Origin: a virus
Lineage: Duplodnaviria; Heunggongvirae; Uroviricota; Caudoviricetes
Reading direction: 5' to 3' (one strand)
Length of the DNA: 64,000 nucleotides
IMG/VR virus record: IMGVR_UViG_3300028601_000019
Location: 4,130-68,129 of that record
Shown: positions 51,001 through 63,169 of the stretch, one piece after another
Layout of the letters: every line of letters begins with the position of its first letter
How positions within the stretch are numbered: position 1 is the stretch's first letter
Notes under the pieces: model-generated
What the model was told of the DNA's origin: nothing
What the model saw: the letters and a program-made list of their open reading frames with translations, nothing else
The model's database searches: none
Program-made: the position numbers and the translations under genes

Positions 51001-52587
51001 ATGGCGAACACAATTAGAATTAAAAGACGAGATAGTGGTGGGGCAATAGGTGCTCCTTCTACTTTAGAAAATGCTGAATTAGCTTTTAATGAAGCTGATG
51101 ACGTTCTTTATTATGGTAAAGGAACTGGCGGGGCTGGTGGTTCTGCTACAACAATTGAGGCTATTGGTGGCCAAGGGGCGTTTGTAAGTAAAAACAATGT
51201 AAATCAAGACATCGCTGGAACAAAAAATTTCACAGGCACAGTAACTGCCCCAACACAATTAACAAGTGATAGTTCAACAAAAGTTGCAACTACAGCCTTT
51301 GTTAAGGGATTGGGTTATACTGCTTCTCCTACAACAGTTTCTGGTACTTTTACAAAGGTAACAGTTAATGCAAGTGGTTATGTTACATTGGGTGATAATC
51401 TTAGTGCTACTGATATTCCTACATTAACTGCTTCAAAGATTTCTGATTTTGATACTCAAGTAAGAACATCAAGATTAGATCAAATGGCTTCTCCAACTGC
51501 TTCGGTTTCATTAAATTCTCAAAAAATTACAAACTTAGCTACACCAACTGCTGATACAGATGCCGCTAATAAAGTATATGTAGATAATCTTATTCAAGGA
51601 ATCAGTGCAAAGGACTCTGTAAAAGTTGCTACCACGGCAAACATTACATTATCCGGAACTCAAACCATTGATGATATAGCTGTCATTGCTGGGGATAGAG
51701 TATTAGTTAAAAGTCAAACAACCTCTTCTCAAAATGGTGTTTATGTTGTTGCTGCGGGTGCGTGGTCCAGAACTTTAGATTGCAATATTTGAAACGAACT
51801 AATATCTGCCTTTGTATTTGTTGAGCAAGGAACACAATATTCAGATTCTGGTTGGTTATGTACTGTTGATGCTGGTGGAACATTAGGTACAACTTCAGTT
51901 ACATGAACCCAATTTTCTGGGGCAGGCTCTGTTGAAGCTGGAACTGGCCTTTCAAAAGATGGCAATACATTAAATGTTGGTGCTGGAACTGGTATTGCTG
52001 TTGCTGCTGATTCTGTAGGATTGACTGGGCAAGCTCTTGCTCTTCATAATTTAGCAACAAATGGAATGGTTACACGTACTGCAAGTGGTACATTCTCTGC
52101 CAGAACAATTTCAACATCTGGAAACGGTGTTTCTGTTTCAAATGGTGACGGTGTTTCTGGGAATCCTACTATTTCTTTAACTGCCGCATTATCTTCTGTA
52201 GGAGCATTAACCCCTGTAGCTGATAGAATTGCTTATTACACAAATGAGACAACTGCCGCCCTATCAACATTAACATCTTTTGGTAGGTCTTTAATTGATG
52301 ATGCTGATGCTGCCACTGCACAAACCACTTTAGGTTTAGTAATTGGAACAAACGTACAAGCCTATAATGCAAAACTCACCACAATTGCGGGTTTGTCATC
52401 TACTGATGGTAACTTTATAGTTGGTAATGGGTCTACATGGGTAGTAGAATCTGGCTCAACTGCAAGAACCTCATTAGGTCTTGGAACAATAGCTACTCAA
52501 GCGTCTACTGCTGTTTCAATTACTGGTGGGTCAATCACAAACTTAACAACCTTTGATGGTATAACTATTGATGGTGGAACATTCTAA
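51001..52587 (+). CDS. Tail fiber protein, 528 aa, rich in Gly, Thr, Ser and Ala, with fiber-repeat motifs. 2 in-frame TGA.
   Basis: Two same-frame ORFs joined by TGA. Repetitive (T/S)xT...G segments. The N-terminus MANTI is shared with the next gene. Confidence 0.65.
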
Positions 52588-52658
52588 ATAAATACTGGGC
52601 TATCTTTATAGCCCTTTAAAATCCTGCTTCTTTAAGCAAACACATAAGGAAAGTCACT

Positions 52659-53021
52659 ATGGCAAATACGATTATTCATAAAAAATCTTCTGTAAGTGGA
52701 AAAGCCCCACTTACAACAGATCTTGCACTAGGCGAGATTGCAGTTAATACATATGATGGAAAAATTTATTTAAAGAAAAACAATGGGACTGAATCTATTG
52801 TTGAGTTTGCTCCGGGTGTAAAAGTTTATAACCATACCCAAGCAAGTGCAAATACAACTTGAACCATTACACACAATTTAAATACTAGATTGGTTGACGT
52901 TATTGTTTCTGATGGGTCATATGTTAAAATTGTTCCTGATGAAATAACCTTTACATCTGTAAACCAAGTAACCCTAACATTTTTTGAAACTGTTTCTGGA
53001 TATGCTAAGATAATAGGATAA
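52659..53021 (+). CDS. Fiber-associated small protein, 120 aa, N-terminus MANTIIHKK. 1 in-frame TGA.
   Basis: Frame verified. The MANTI(R/I) N-terminus parallels the fiber gene. Confidence 0.4.
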
Positions 53022-53029
53022 ATAGATTT

Positions 53030-53698
53030 ATGACTTTAGATATAAACTTTAAACCACAATGAGAACTTTTAGATTTTGAACAACCTGAACAAGAATATGA
53101 ATTATTTGATTCTATTGCTTCAGAATTTAATGACATTGCTGGATTTCCAATAGAGTATTATGTTCTTGATGCTGTTAATGGAAATATTGATCTTTTATAC
53201 GGCGAAGATCCAAATATGAATTGAAATGGCCCGTTTAGAACAAAAATAGTTTATGAGCCAACAAATGAATCTGAAGTTTTAAACTCTTTTGGTTTTTCTT
53301 CTGATGACGTTATTACAGCAATGATGATGACAAAATCGGTTTTTTCAAGAGATGTTTCATATGACTATGTTCCTAAAGTTGGCGATGTAATTAAAACCCT
53401 TTGAAACAACAAGATGTATGAACTCACAGATGTTGGTGCAGAATCTAAAATTTTTAATGGAAAGAAAATGGTTTGAGATTTTATTTGTAGACCATTTAGA
53501 CATAGTGCTCAAAGCTCTTCAGCAGATGAGATTATTTTCAATACACCAACTAATATTGATTTCCCTGATATCAACTTTGAATATGATACTAAGCCTCTTT
53601 CTGCATTTGGTGACAATGAGTATATTGAAGAAGAATCAGATAAAATTGATAGTAATAGTGTAGATTCTACTTTTTATGGATATGATACTTTAGATTAG
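53030..53698 (+). CDS. Putative neck or baseplate structural protein, 222 aa, with 4 in-frame TGA.
   Basis: Frame verified. Position within the tail module. Confidence 0.35.
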
Positions 53699-53705
53699 GA
53701 TAAAA

Positions 53706-54413
53706 CATGGATACATTTTTTCATTACCATACGTTAAGAAAGACAACAATTCAATTTCTTAACATTTTTAACAATATTAAAATTGCAAAATATAATACTG
53801 ATGGATCTATAAGGGAATTTGTAAAGGTTCCTTTAAAATATGCCCCAAAGGAAAAGTTTTATTATTGATTATTTCAAAGAAAACACGAAGTAAAGCTGCC
53901 AATGATGAGTGCATATATAGTTAGCATTATGCCAGCTATTAATGAAAGAGGAACTAACAAACATATGAAAGTTCTGTCTTGTGATAGAACCAAATATCAT
54001 AAAACATTGGTTCCCTATACTATTGAATATGAGCTTTCTATTTCTGCATTGTTTCATAACGAAATAGATCAGATTTTTGAACAGATCATTCCTTACTTTA
54101 CTCCTTATGTAATGACAAGAGTAACTTTACCAGAAATTGATAATCACTTTGATTGTAAAGTTATTTTAGAATCTATCTCTCCAGATATGGAAACAGATAT
54201 CCCAGAAGATGATTATAGAAATATAAATTGAAAGTTGAATTTTACTGTTCATACATTTGCTTTACAACCAATTACAGATGGAAAATATATTGAAGAAATC
54301 TTTCTTGAAATGAAAAATAATGATTTAGTTTATGAAACTATGCATGTTTCTGGATATATGAATGACGATAATCAAATCATATCTTCATACGAATTAATAC
54401 CAGGAGATGAATA
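53706..54413 (+). CDS. Putative tail or baseplate structural protein, 235 aa, with 2 in-frame TGA.
   Basis: Frame verified. Confidence 0.35.
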
Positions 54414-54917
54414 ATGGGATGTACATCATTTAATATTGCATCTGGAAATAATTTTCAACTACATTTTCCAGTATTGCCGTTTTCTACTACATTGCAAGAC
54501 AGTAAAGATCTAACTTTGAATATTCATAATGTTGTTATTCCAAGTATGTCTTTTGATAGTACACCAATTAGTTGGCAAGGATGAGATACTAAGCGCGTAG
54601 ATAGTAATTTGATTTTTACTGACTTCACCTTTGATTTTATGTTAGATGAAGAATTTAAAAACTGAGGAATTTTGTTTGATTGAATGACTCACATCAACAA
54701 TAATAAGGATGTAATAAGCAAACACCCTCGGAGCTATACAACAGATGCTTACATAAATGTAATGAATAATTTTGGAAAAACAATTTTAAAATTAAATCTA
54801 ATTAACAGTTTTCCTATGGATTTAGGATCAGTTACTTTATCTTATAGAGATGGAGAAACATATATTGAATGTAGTGCAACAATTTCTTATGATAGAATGG
54901 AAAGAACTACCTCATAA
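54414..54917 (+). CDS. Putative tail structural protein, 167 aa, with 3 in-frame TGA.
   Basis: Same frame as ORF 54684..54917. Confidence 0.35.
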
Positions 54918-55346
54918 GTTTTAAAATATCTTCTCTTGAACTAACAACAATATTATTTTGAGTATAGGTGTTATTATCTCCGGATGGTAACACCTTTTCA
55001 TCTTTATTTTTCTTTAATTCAAATTCTAATTTTTTCAAATCCAAAAATTCTTGCTTTTGATTAGTGGTTTCTAATGATACATCATTAGATATCATTGAAT
55101 TAGCAGCACTAGTTATACAATCAATTAATTTAGCAGCAATCTCAACTAATTTAACTGTGGCTCCAGTCGTGCCAACACTTCATTCATCTTCAATTTTATC
55201 AAGAAGTCTCTGCGCCCTTGCGATATTTCCTTGAAGAATTTCATTAGGATTGTTTACATCCTCATCCAACTGGTTTTTAATATTCTTAAGTTCTTGTTTT
55301 GCTACTTCAATATCGAAACAATCTGAGAGGGTTTTATCCAACATAA
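54907..55346 (-). CDS. Hypothetical protein of about 146 aa, with 1 in-frame TGA. A minus-strand TATAAATA lies upstream at 55367..55374.
   Basis: The reverse complement shows a GGAG ribosome-binding site and an ATG. Confidence 0.4.
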
Positions 55347-55966
55347 TAAACTCCTAATTTTTTAACTATTTATATAAGGAGGTATGTGTGAAGAAATTAT
55401 TTCGCGAAGAATATGAAACATATAATGATGAGGCCATTAAAATTTCTAAAGAAATAGGAGTTGAGATCAGAAAAATGATTGATCATTATTGTAATGATTG
55501 CGGGTACTACGTAAATGAGATTCAACATATTTTATTTGACGAGGAATATTGAAATCAAAAAGGAGAAAAGAAAGAATGATTTGGCATAGTATTAGGGATT
55601 TTTTACCTGGACGAAATGTAAGACAAATACTACTATATTTTGCATCATCTCAAAACTTAGTTCTGATAAATTTAGATGAAGATCCTACCAATACTTCTAA
55701 TATAGTTCGGGAGTACATTTTTAAACGAAAATATCATGTAGAAGATAAACCTGATAATTATATTGATTGGCCCACTCATTGGATGGAAGTCAAATTTCCG
55801 GTAATTTAATTTATGAAAAGATACAAAATTAAAGTGTTTAAATATGGGGATGCTAGTTTTGATTATATAATCATACGAGCATTTGGATTTGATTCTCTTT
55901 GTTTACAAGCTGAAGATTTTTGTAGGAAGTCAACAACATATAAAGAATGGATTTTTGTTGGAGAAG

Positions 55967-56686
55967 ATGATGAGATTTAAACCATATTCAGTATCTAAGA
56001 TCGAATGCTTCTTAGATTGTCCCAAAAAATTTGAATGAAGATATATTACTAAACCAGATGTTAAACAAACAGTCAAACACTTTGAAAAAGGAAAGCTTTG
56101 ACATTCACTAATTGAACACTCAATCAAAAGAACAACTAAAAATTTTGTTAAACCAAAGTTCTATGAATTATCTCAAGAAGAATATTTACATGAACTTTCT
56201 AATATAGTAAAGTTTGTTAAAGGAAGGTTTTTCTTACCATATCTTCAAGATGTAATGAGATTTAAACAACTTTTGGAACAGCGATTTTCTATTACTGATG
56301 ATGGAGAAGTTTCCTTTAATAATGATCTAAACCCTCTTTTCAAAGGATTCATTGACTTAGTTCAGTTTGATGATTTCGATGTTGAGATTATAGATTGGAA
56401 GACTGGTGGAAAGAGTGTTGAGAATATTCAAAGATATCCCAAGTCAACTTTTCAATTAGATGTGTATGCTTATGTTGCTCATAAGATCTTTAACCCTAAG
56501 TCTATTATTGGTAAGTATGTCTATGTTGAACACGAATACGAACATGTTTTAAAAAATTTTAATCATATGGAAACCTGGAGAGAAATATTATGGAATATTA
56601 ACACTATAGAGAATTGTAAAGATTTTGAAAGAAAAGAAAGTACACTTTGCGACTGGTGTGAGTTTAGAGGAATCTGTTTAGAATAA
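55967..56686 (+). CDS. Cas4/RecB-like PD-(D/E)xK exonuclease with an Fe-S cluster (DUF83), 239 aa, 2 in-frame TGA.
   Basis: N-terminus YSVSKIECFLDCPKKFE-W-RYI. Motifs GFIDLV and DWKTG. C-terminal cysteines CDWCEFRGIC. Confidence 0.55.
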
Positions 56687-56698
56687 AAGGAGAAAATT

Positions 56699-57340
56699 AT
56701 GTTTAAGAAAGCTATGTTTTTGCTAATGTTTGTTATCTTTATGGCGGTTGGTTGTGATCAAGTTATTAACACAAAGATTGAGCTTGATACACTTGAATCA
56801 TTTAATCCAGAAAGTGGAATGATTTTTGTTCCTGGACGGCTTGCTTTCGAAGTGCCATCTGAAAAGGAGTTCAATAAGACTCGTCACTTTCTTGAAGTAA
56901 CTTTAAATGATTATTTTATGAATGTTAGAAATGTTAAACATGTTAAAGAGAATTTTGATGATATAGTGCTTGTAGATGTTGATATTCCACTAACCTTTAA
57001 AAGAGTAGATGATATGCCAACACCATTTTATTTCACTTATAACGATAAGACTCTATATATAAATCTTTCCGGGGTTGCATTAACTAGACTTAATGATGAT
57101 CTTAAGAAGGCTCTTAACCAGGGAATAAATAGACTTGTAGACATTAGGGTTAACGCTTATGTTGTTAATACAACTCACTACCCAGTTACTCTTACCACTC
57201 CATCTCTGTTTATTGATAATACATCAGTAAACGACAACACAACTATTGAACTTGATTCTGGAGAATCAACAACTATTACATGTTCTAACGTAATGGTAGA
57301 TTTATCATCTAAGCAATCTGTAAAGATTTTCTCATTCTAA
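56699..57340 (+). CDS. Lipoprotein, 213 aa. The signal peptide has the lipobox MAVGC.
   Basis: MFKKAMFLLMFVIFMAVGC. Confidence 0.55.
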   Translation: MFKKAMFLLMFVIFMAVGCDQVINTKIELDTLESFNPESGMIFVPGRLAFEVPSEKEFNKTRHFLEVTLNDYFMNVRNVKHVKENFDDIVLVDVDIPLTFKRVDDMPTPFYFTYNDKTLYINLSGVALTRLNDDLKKALNQGINRLVDIRVNAYVVNTTHYPVTLTTPSLFIDNTSVNDNTTIELDSGESTTITCSNVMVDLSSKQSVKIFSF

Positions 57341-57346
57341 ATAGGG

Positions 57347-57373
57347 AGGGATTAAGTTCCCTCTTCTATTTTA
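57347..57373 (+). terminator. Hairpin GAGGGA-ttaagt-TCCCTC followed by a T-run.
   Basis: 6-bp stem after the lipoprotein gene. Confidence 0.5.
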
Positions 57374-57394
57374 AAAAAGTTTAAAGGAGGTTGA

Positions 57395-58642
57395 ATGTAT
57401 AGTACTGAAGAAATTTATAAAGTATATTTTGAATTGAATAAAAACAAATCCGCTACAGCAAAAGAACTTGGAATCGATTGAGGAACTGTTCATAGACATG
57501 TAGAAAAGTTTGAAAATGGTCAAGAACAGTTTTCCTATGGAAATATGAATGATAATTCAGCTGATGAATCTGATGTCTTTGAAGGTGAAATTGATGGTGA
57601 ATCTTTTACAGATGAAGATCTCTTTAAGAAATTCAATCTAAGTCCAGATCAATGAGCTATAAGTTCTATTGTTCACAACGAATGAGAAACTCCGATCAAG
57701 AATGATCTTGGAGAAGTTACACCACATACTAACAAACAATCTAAAGTTATTTTCAAAAAAATTATTAAGGATATAACATTAGATATCATTAAAGAACAAT
57801 ATAATCTTCTTTCTAAAAAGTATGTACCAATTATAAGAAGTGAAACAAAACAAAAGAAACCTTGTATGTATGAAATCGCCATTGCCGATCATCATTTTGC
57901 AAAACTTGCTTGGGATATGGAAACTGGTGAATCTTACGATATTAAGATTGCTAAGAGTTATTACATTAATGCGGTCCGGGACCTTCTAGCAAGGGCTTCT
58001 CATCTCAATATCAATAAGATTCTCATGCCTATTGGAAATGATTTGTTTAACTTTGATGGAATCAGAAATGAAACCACTGCCGGTACTCCACAAGATTCTG
58101 ATTCAAGATGGACAAAGGTTTTTAGAGTAGTATCAGAAACCCTAGTTGAAGTTATTGATATCTGTAGAGAAGTTGCTGATGTAGATGTTATTGTTGTTCC
58201 AGGAAATCATGATAGAGCATCATGTTTTTATCTTGGGGAATTTCTCTCAGCGTGGTATAGATTAGATAAGAATGTTAATGTTAATAATGATCCAACACTA
58301 AGAAAGTACTATGCTTATGGTAAAACTTTAATTGGGTTAAGTCATGGGAATGAAGAGAAACATGCTAATCTTCCATTACTAATGGCACGCGAAGCTAAAG
58401 AGGCTTGGGGACAATGTGAGTTTTATGAATATCAGATTGGACACTGGCATAGGAAGAAAATGACAGAGTATGTTTCTGGGGATACCTATAATGGGGTTCA
58501 AGTAAGAGTTTTACCCTCTTTAACTGGGACAGATGCTTGACATTATTCCAAAGGATTTGTAAAGGGCATCAAATCTGCTGTTGGTATTGTATATGATAAA
58601 AATGAAGGCTGTATTGCTGAATTTATAACAAAGGTGAAATAA
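57395..58642 (+). CDS. Helix-turn-helix plus calcineurin-like metallophosphoesterase protein, 415 aa, with 4 in-frame TGA.
   Basis: N-terminal helix-turn-helix (KSATAKELGID-W-GTVHRHV). C-terminal DHHF, GNDLF, GNHD and GHWH motifs. Frame verified. Confidence 0.45.
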
Positions 58643-58828
58643 ATGAATGAGAAACATTATTGTTGCGTTTGTGCAAGACAAATAACTAACAACAAAAATA
58701 ATAATGATTATGAATGTCAGGGTCCTGTAAAATATATGGGGCCAACATTGGGTTTTATTTGTGCAGAATGTTCTAAAGATTTAGATGAAGATGGTTTATT
58801 CCCCGAAGAAAGAAATGGTTTACTATAA
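58643..58828 (+). CDS. Zinc-ribbon small protein, 61 aa.
   Basis: CCVCAR...CQG...CAEC. Confidence 0.4.
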   Translation: MNEKHYCCVCARQITNNKNNNDYECQGPVKYMGPTLGFICAECSKDLDEDGLFPEERNGLL

Positions 58829-58831
58829 ATA
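58824..58831 (+). promoter_or_regulatory. Late promoter TATAAATA upstream of the tail tube gene.
   Basis: Exact motif plus an AAGGAG ribosome-binding site. Confidence 0.5.
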
Positions 58832-58867
58832 GTTATATGAAACTTATTTCAAGGAGATTTAATTAAA

Positions 58868-59383
58868 ATGGCTATTAACGGATTCGATATCGATGCTTTC
58901 AGAAGCAATTACGCTGATTTAGCTCGCCAATATACTTTCGTTATTCATTTGAATAACCCATTTGGCACTTTAGGAACAGAAGCAACAAAATTTTTGGTTA
59001 ATGCTTCAAGTATGCCTGGATCTACTATTGATCCAATTGAAGCACATTGGCAAGGCAATATTATGCCACTTGCTGCTACACATACTTTTGAAGATTGGAC
59101 AGTAACTTTTAAATGTGATAGCAAAGCTCAAATTAGAAAGGATTTGCTTAAATGGCATGAAACTATTCATAATCCACGTACCAATGTTCATGCTGCCCCA
59201 AGTGTTTATATGGTTGATCAAGAAATTTGGCAGCTTAATACAGAGGGCAACCCAATTCATAAAATGAAATTAATTGGTGCTTGGCCTACTGTAGTTGGTG
59301 AATTAACTTTGGATTATAGTGCCAAAGATATCTGTACTTTCGACGTTACAATAAAGTACATTAGACACGAGACAATCGGTTAA
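58868..59383 (+). CDS. gp19: Tail tube protein (T4 gp19-like), 171 aa.
   Basis: TFEDWTVTF matches T4 TFDDWTVTV. LIGAWPTVVGELTLDY matches IKGLWPTNVGELQLDW. Confidence 0.8.
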   Translation: MAINGFDIDAFRSNYADLARQYTFVIHLNNPFGTLGTEATKFLVNASSMPGSTIDPIEAHWQGNIMPLAATHTFEDWTVTFKCDSKAQIRKDLLKWHETIHNPRTNVHAAPSVYMVDQEIWQLNTEGNPIHKMKLIGAWPTVVGELTLDYSAKDICTFDVTIKYIRHETIG

Positions 59384-59400
59384 TTAAGGAGATTTTGTGT

Positions 59401-60135
59401 ATGGCTTTTAATTTTCAGCAGCACTTAAATGTGTATGAAAAAATTGTGGAACTCCCTTCTAATGGGGAACAAGTAAAGATTAAACCTATTACTACAAACC
59501 AAATGAAAAAGCTTTTGGTTTATGAAAATGAAAGTGATCCTATTTTTGGAGAAGTAATTCTTGATGAAATTCTAGGATTTTCCGTAATTGATAAAGATGT
59601 TAAAGAATTGCTTCTTCAAGATAGATATTATCTTTTTATTGAAGTAAGAAAATTAACTAAAGGTTCGAAACATTCTTACAATCATACATGTGAAAAGTGT
59701 AACTCCCCTATTATTAGTACTATTGACTTAAATAAATTAAAGGTTCAAAAACCTAAAAAAAATCTAGTTAAAGAAGTAGAGATTTTAAATGGGACTTTAA
59801 TTTTGACTCTTGATTTTCCTACTAGAGCAAAACAGGAAGAAGGATATTCTCATATTGATTCAAAACTTTCTGTATCTGAAAAGCAAGTAGAAATGATTAT
59901 TGCTAATTTAGCACAATCTATTGTATCTATTAAGTCTCCTTCTGGTGTAGATGAAAATATTCCAGTTAAAGACAAAATGGATTTTGTTGGAAATCTTCCG
60001 GGTACTGATTATGATACTTTAAAAGATTGGTTTGATAAAAATGATTTTGGTATTGATTTAACAATCAAAACAAAGTGCCCATATTGTTCTACAGTAAATG
60101 AGCATTCTTTACCCATGAACAATTTTTTTCAATAA
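59401..60135 (+). CDS. Hypothetical tail-associated protein of 244 aa. A possible chaperone given its position.
   Basis: ORF between the tube and tape-measure genes. Confidence 0.35.
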   Translation: MAFNFQQHLNVYEKIVELPSNGEQVKIKPITTNQMKKLLVYENESDPIFGEVILDEILGFSVIDKDVKELLLQDRYYLFIEVRKLTKGSKHSYNHTCEKCNSPIISTIDLNKLKVQKPKKNLVKEVEILNGTLILTLDFPTRAKQEEGYSHIDSKLSVSEKQVEMIIANLAQSIVSIKSPSGVDENIPVKDKMDFVGNLPGTDYDTLKDWFDKNDFGIDLTIKTKCPYCSTVNEHSLPMNNFFQ

Positions 60136-60357
60136 TTAAACTGTTTACAATGGATTGTTCATTAAATTCTATTATAGAAGAGCAATATCAATTGTCAAAA
60201 AATGTTAATATAAGCATTGTGGAATCTGGTGAGCTTATTGATTTTGAAAGACTGGCATATATCTCTTTATTAGTTAGAGACAAAAGAAAAGAAAATGAAA
60301 TATTAAAAGCTAATAAATAGATATAACTCACTTGGACATCGATCCAAAGGATTCATA

Positions 60358-60400
60358 AAGAGTCTAAAGAGTGTTTAAAACATTTTTTAGACTCTTTTTA
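60358..60400 (+). terminator. Hairpin AAGAGTCTAAA...TTTAGACTCTT followed by a T-run.
   Basis: 11-bp stem. Confidence 0.55.
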
Positions 60401-60414
60401 TTTGGAGAAAATAT

Positions 60415-61974
60415 ATGGCTGAAAAAGATACTTTAAGAGATAATGTAAGGAAGGATGTTAAACAGACTACAACACTTCCTTTTAGTTTTAAAAATTTTGT
60501 TACTGGTATAGGGCTTGCTATTTCAAGATCTGGTGCACGGACATGAGATAAATTAGCTGATATGCCAGATGAAATAAAAAATGGATTTTCAAAAGTTTCT
60601 AGTACTATTCAATCTAGTACTACTGAAATTATGGGGTCCGCTTTAAATTCAATGATTGGAGATATTAAGTCTTTAGCATCGGGAATAAAAGATATTACTA
60701 CAGGAACTTTTAAAAAACTTTTTTCATTCTTTGGTGGTGATAATGAAGAGCTCAGTGAAGAAAAGAAACAAACAAAAACTCTTGGCAATATTTTTAAGAT
60801 TTTTAAGAAATGAAGCATTAGAGATATGTTTAAACCTAAAGAAAAGAATAAAGATGATGGAGGTTTTTTTGCCCCATTAGCTATTATAGGTCTTGCACTT
60901 GGAGCTATCACTGGTGGAATAGCTGCTGGTATTGGTGGTGTCATTGAATATTTTCTTATTCCTTTTAAAGTGGTTTTAAATAGTTTAAGAGGTGTTACTA
61001 CTCTTTTAAAGGAATCTTCAATTGGAAAACTTTTTATTGATTTTTTTGGAAAAGTAAGAGCATTTTTTAGTGGGTGAATTGATAACGCTTTAGTTTCTAT
61101 TAATAGTTTTTTTGGAAAGTTTAAAATTTTTGCTGGATTTTTTAAAGGGTTTAGTATTGGATTTATGAAACTATTTTCAAAAATTCCTGTTATCGGATGA
61201 TTTATTACTGGCGTAATGGCAATTATTGATTTTTTTACTGGGTTTTTCGGAACGGAAGGAAGCTTCTTTGAAAAAATAAAGGCCGGCTTAATAAACATGA
61301 CCACTGGATTTTTTTCCCCAATTTTTGAATTTATAGGATGAATTGGAGATTGAATTTTAAATCTATTTGGAATAAATTCTGATATAGGAACAACCTTAAA
61401 TACTTGATTTTCTAATCTTTTAAATTTCTTTTTTAATTTTCCTATAGTTGAAAAACTTAAGAATGCTTGAGAAGGAATACAAAATGCTGCAAATGCACTT
61501 GTTGAATCATTAAAAAATTGACTAATATCATTAATTCCCTCTTTCGATTCTATTAAAGAAATGCTTCCATCTTTTGACTCTATTAAAAAATCTATAATTG
61601 GGACAAGAGATACTATCAAAGATGAGGCTAAAAATGCTTGAAATTCGGCAGGCGAATATATTGGATCTTTTTTTGAAAAGGACAATTTATCACCAGCTCA
61701 GACTATTAGTGATCTTGATTCATCTACTAAAGCAAAAGAAGTATCCAATAATAAAGAAATGGCAAAAGCATTATATAAAATGACAGAACAACAAATTAAA
61801 GAATCTAAAAAACGTGATGAAGAAAAGAAAGAAACAGTTAATCAGCAAGTTAATGTTTCTTCAGTTCAAAATTCAAGAGGATCTTCCGGAGGCACATTTA
61901 TTGAGGCTCCGGATGAAATTGAAAACTTTGGAATTGTATTTATGAATAAAACAACACTAGGAGGAACGTTCTAA
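60415..61974 (+). CDS. gp29: Tail tape-measure-like protein of about 519 aa, Gly-rich with hydrophobic segments and about 9 in-frame TGA.
   Basis: ORFs 60562, 60826 and 61759 share a frame. Position after the tube gene and before a gp48-like gene, matching the T4 order 29-48. Confidence 0.55.
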
Positions 61975-62795
61975 TGGATTATGATTTAGTTCCAGTTCCT
62001 TTTTCAAACTTAGTTAAAATTAAGTTTGTATCTAAAAAACTTAGTTCTCAAAGGGCATATGCTAGAGGAGCAAATCAACTTAATGTTGATGAATCTGATA
62101 GAAACACATGAACTTTTATTGCTCCAGAAGAACTTCAGGAAAACGTTTCTCATACTTGGGATACTTATGAAAGCTTAGCAAGTCGCCTTTCATCTAAAGT
62201 TGGTGAAATTCACACAGCATTAACAGATTTACAGGGGTTTAAAAGTGCTGTTGGTGGAGCATATACAGGATTAAAGCCCAATGAAGGTCAGAGTTTTGCC
62301 TCAACAGAAACAATTAAAAATGTTGTGTCTTCTGCAGTTAGAGAATCTGCTAAAGTAGATATACCATCATACAGAGTAGATACTGCTATGGTTTATAAGG
62401 ATTCTTCAAGACTCGAATACTCTCTGACAATGACACTTGCAGATATGAATGGTGATCCATATAATTCTATAGTTAAACCTGTTAGAGAACTTGAAAAACT
62501 TTCTTGCCCTGAAATGGCTGATGACACTATTCTTATTAATTTTCCTTATATATTTCAAGTATATACAGTTGGATCTGAAATTATAAATGTAAAAAATGCG
62601 GCAATTATTAATGTTGCTCCATTATGAAAGGGGCCAATTGTTAACAATTATTATAGTATGTGTGAACTTACTATAATTTTTAGAGATATAGAACCCCTAT
62701 ATAGAACTACTTTTAGTAAAGGTGGAATTATAAGAACTTCGAAATCACAACCACAAGCAAGAACAGATTTAACAAATGGATTTAGTGGGAGATAA
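61974..62795 (+). CDS. gp48: Baseplate-tube junction protein (T4 gp48/gp54-like), 273 aa, with 2 in-frame TGA.
   Basis: Follows the tape-measure gene as in T4. Frame verified. Confidence 0.4.
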
Positions 62796-62797
62796 AT

Positions 62798-63169
62798 ATG
62801 GACCTTTCTAAATATAATGAATATACTAAACAGAATCTATCTAATTCTACACAGCTTAAGCTGTTTACTATTTTAGATGATGTTACTAATAATACATATT
62901 ATTTAAATATTTTTAGATCATATATAATAAACATGTCGTCATTGAATGATACATCATTCTATGAATTATATGAAGTTGATAATAATGATTGATTTGATAA
63001 TATAAGTTATAAATTTTATAATACCCCACAACTATGGTGGGTTATTTGTATGGTTAACAATATAATTAATCCTTTTGAAGAACTTCAACCTGGCCAAATT
63101 CTTAGAATTCTTAAAAATTCTTATATATATAACATATTAAAAGAAGTTAGAAATATAGGAAATGCATAA
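62798..63169 (+). CDS. Small baseplate-associated protein, 123 aa, with 1 in-frame TGA.
   Basis: Frame verified. Confidence 0.35.

Noticed and set aside
60609-61685. 358-aa ORF on the minus strand.
   Set aside because: It is antisense to the tape-measure gene, has a low-complexity Lys/Phe/Ile-rich translation and no ribosome-binding site. The plus strand carries a coherent structural gene once TGA is read as Trp.
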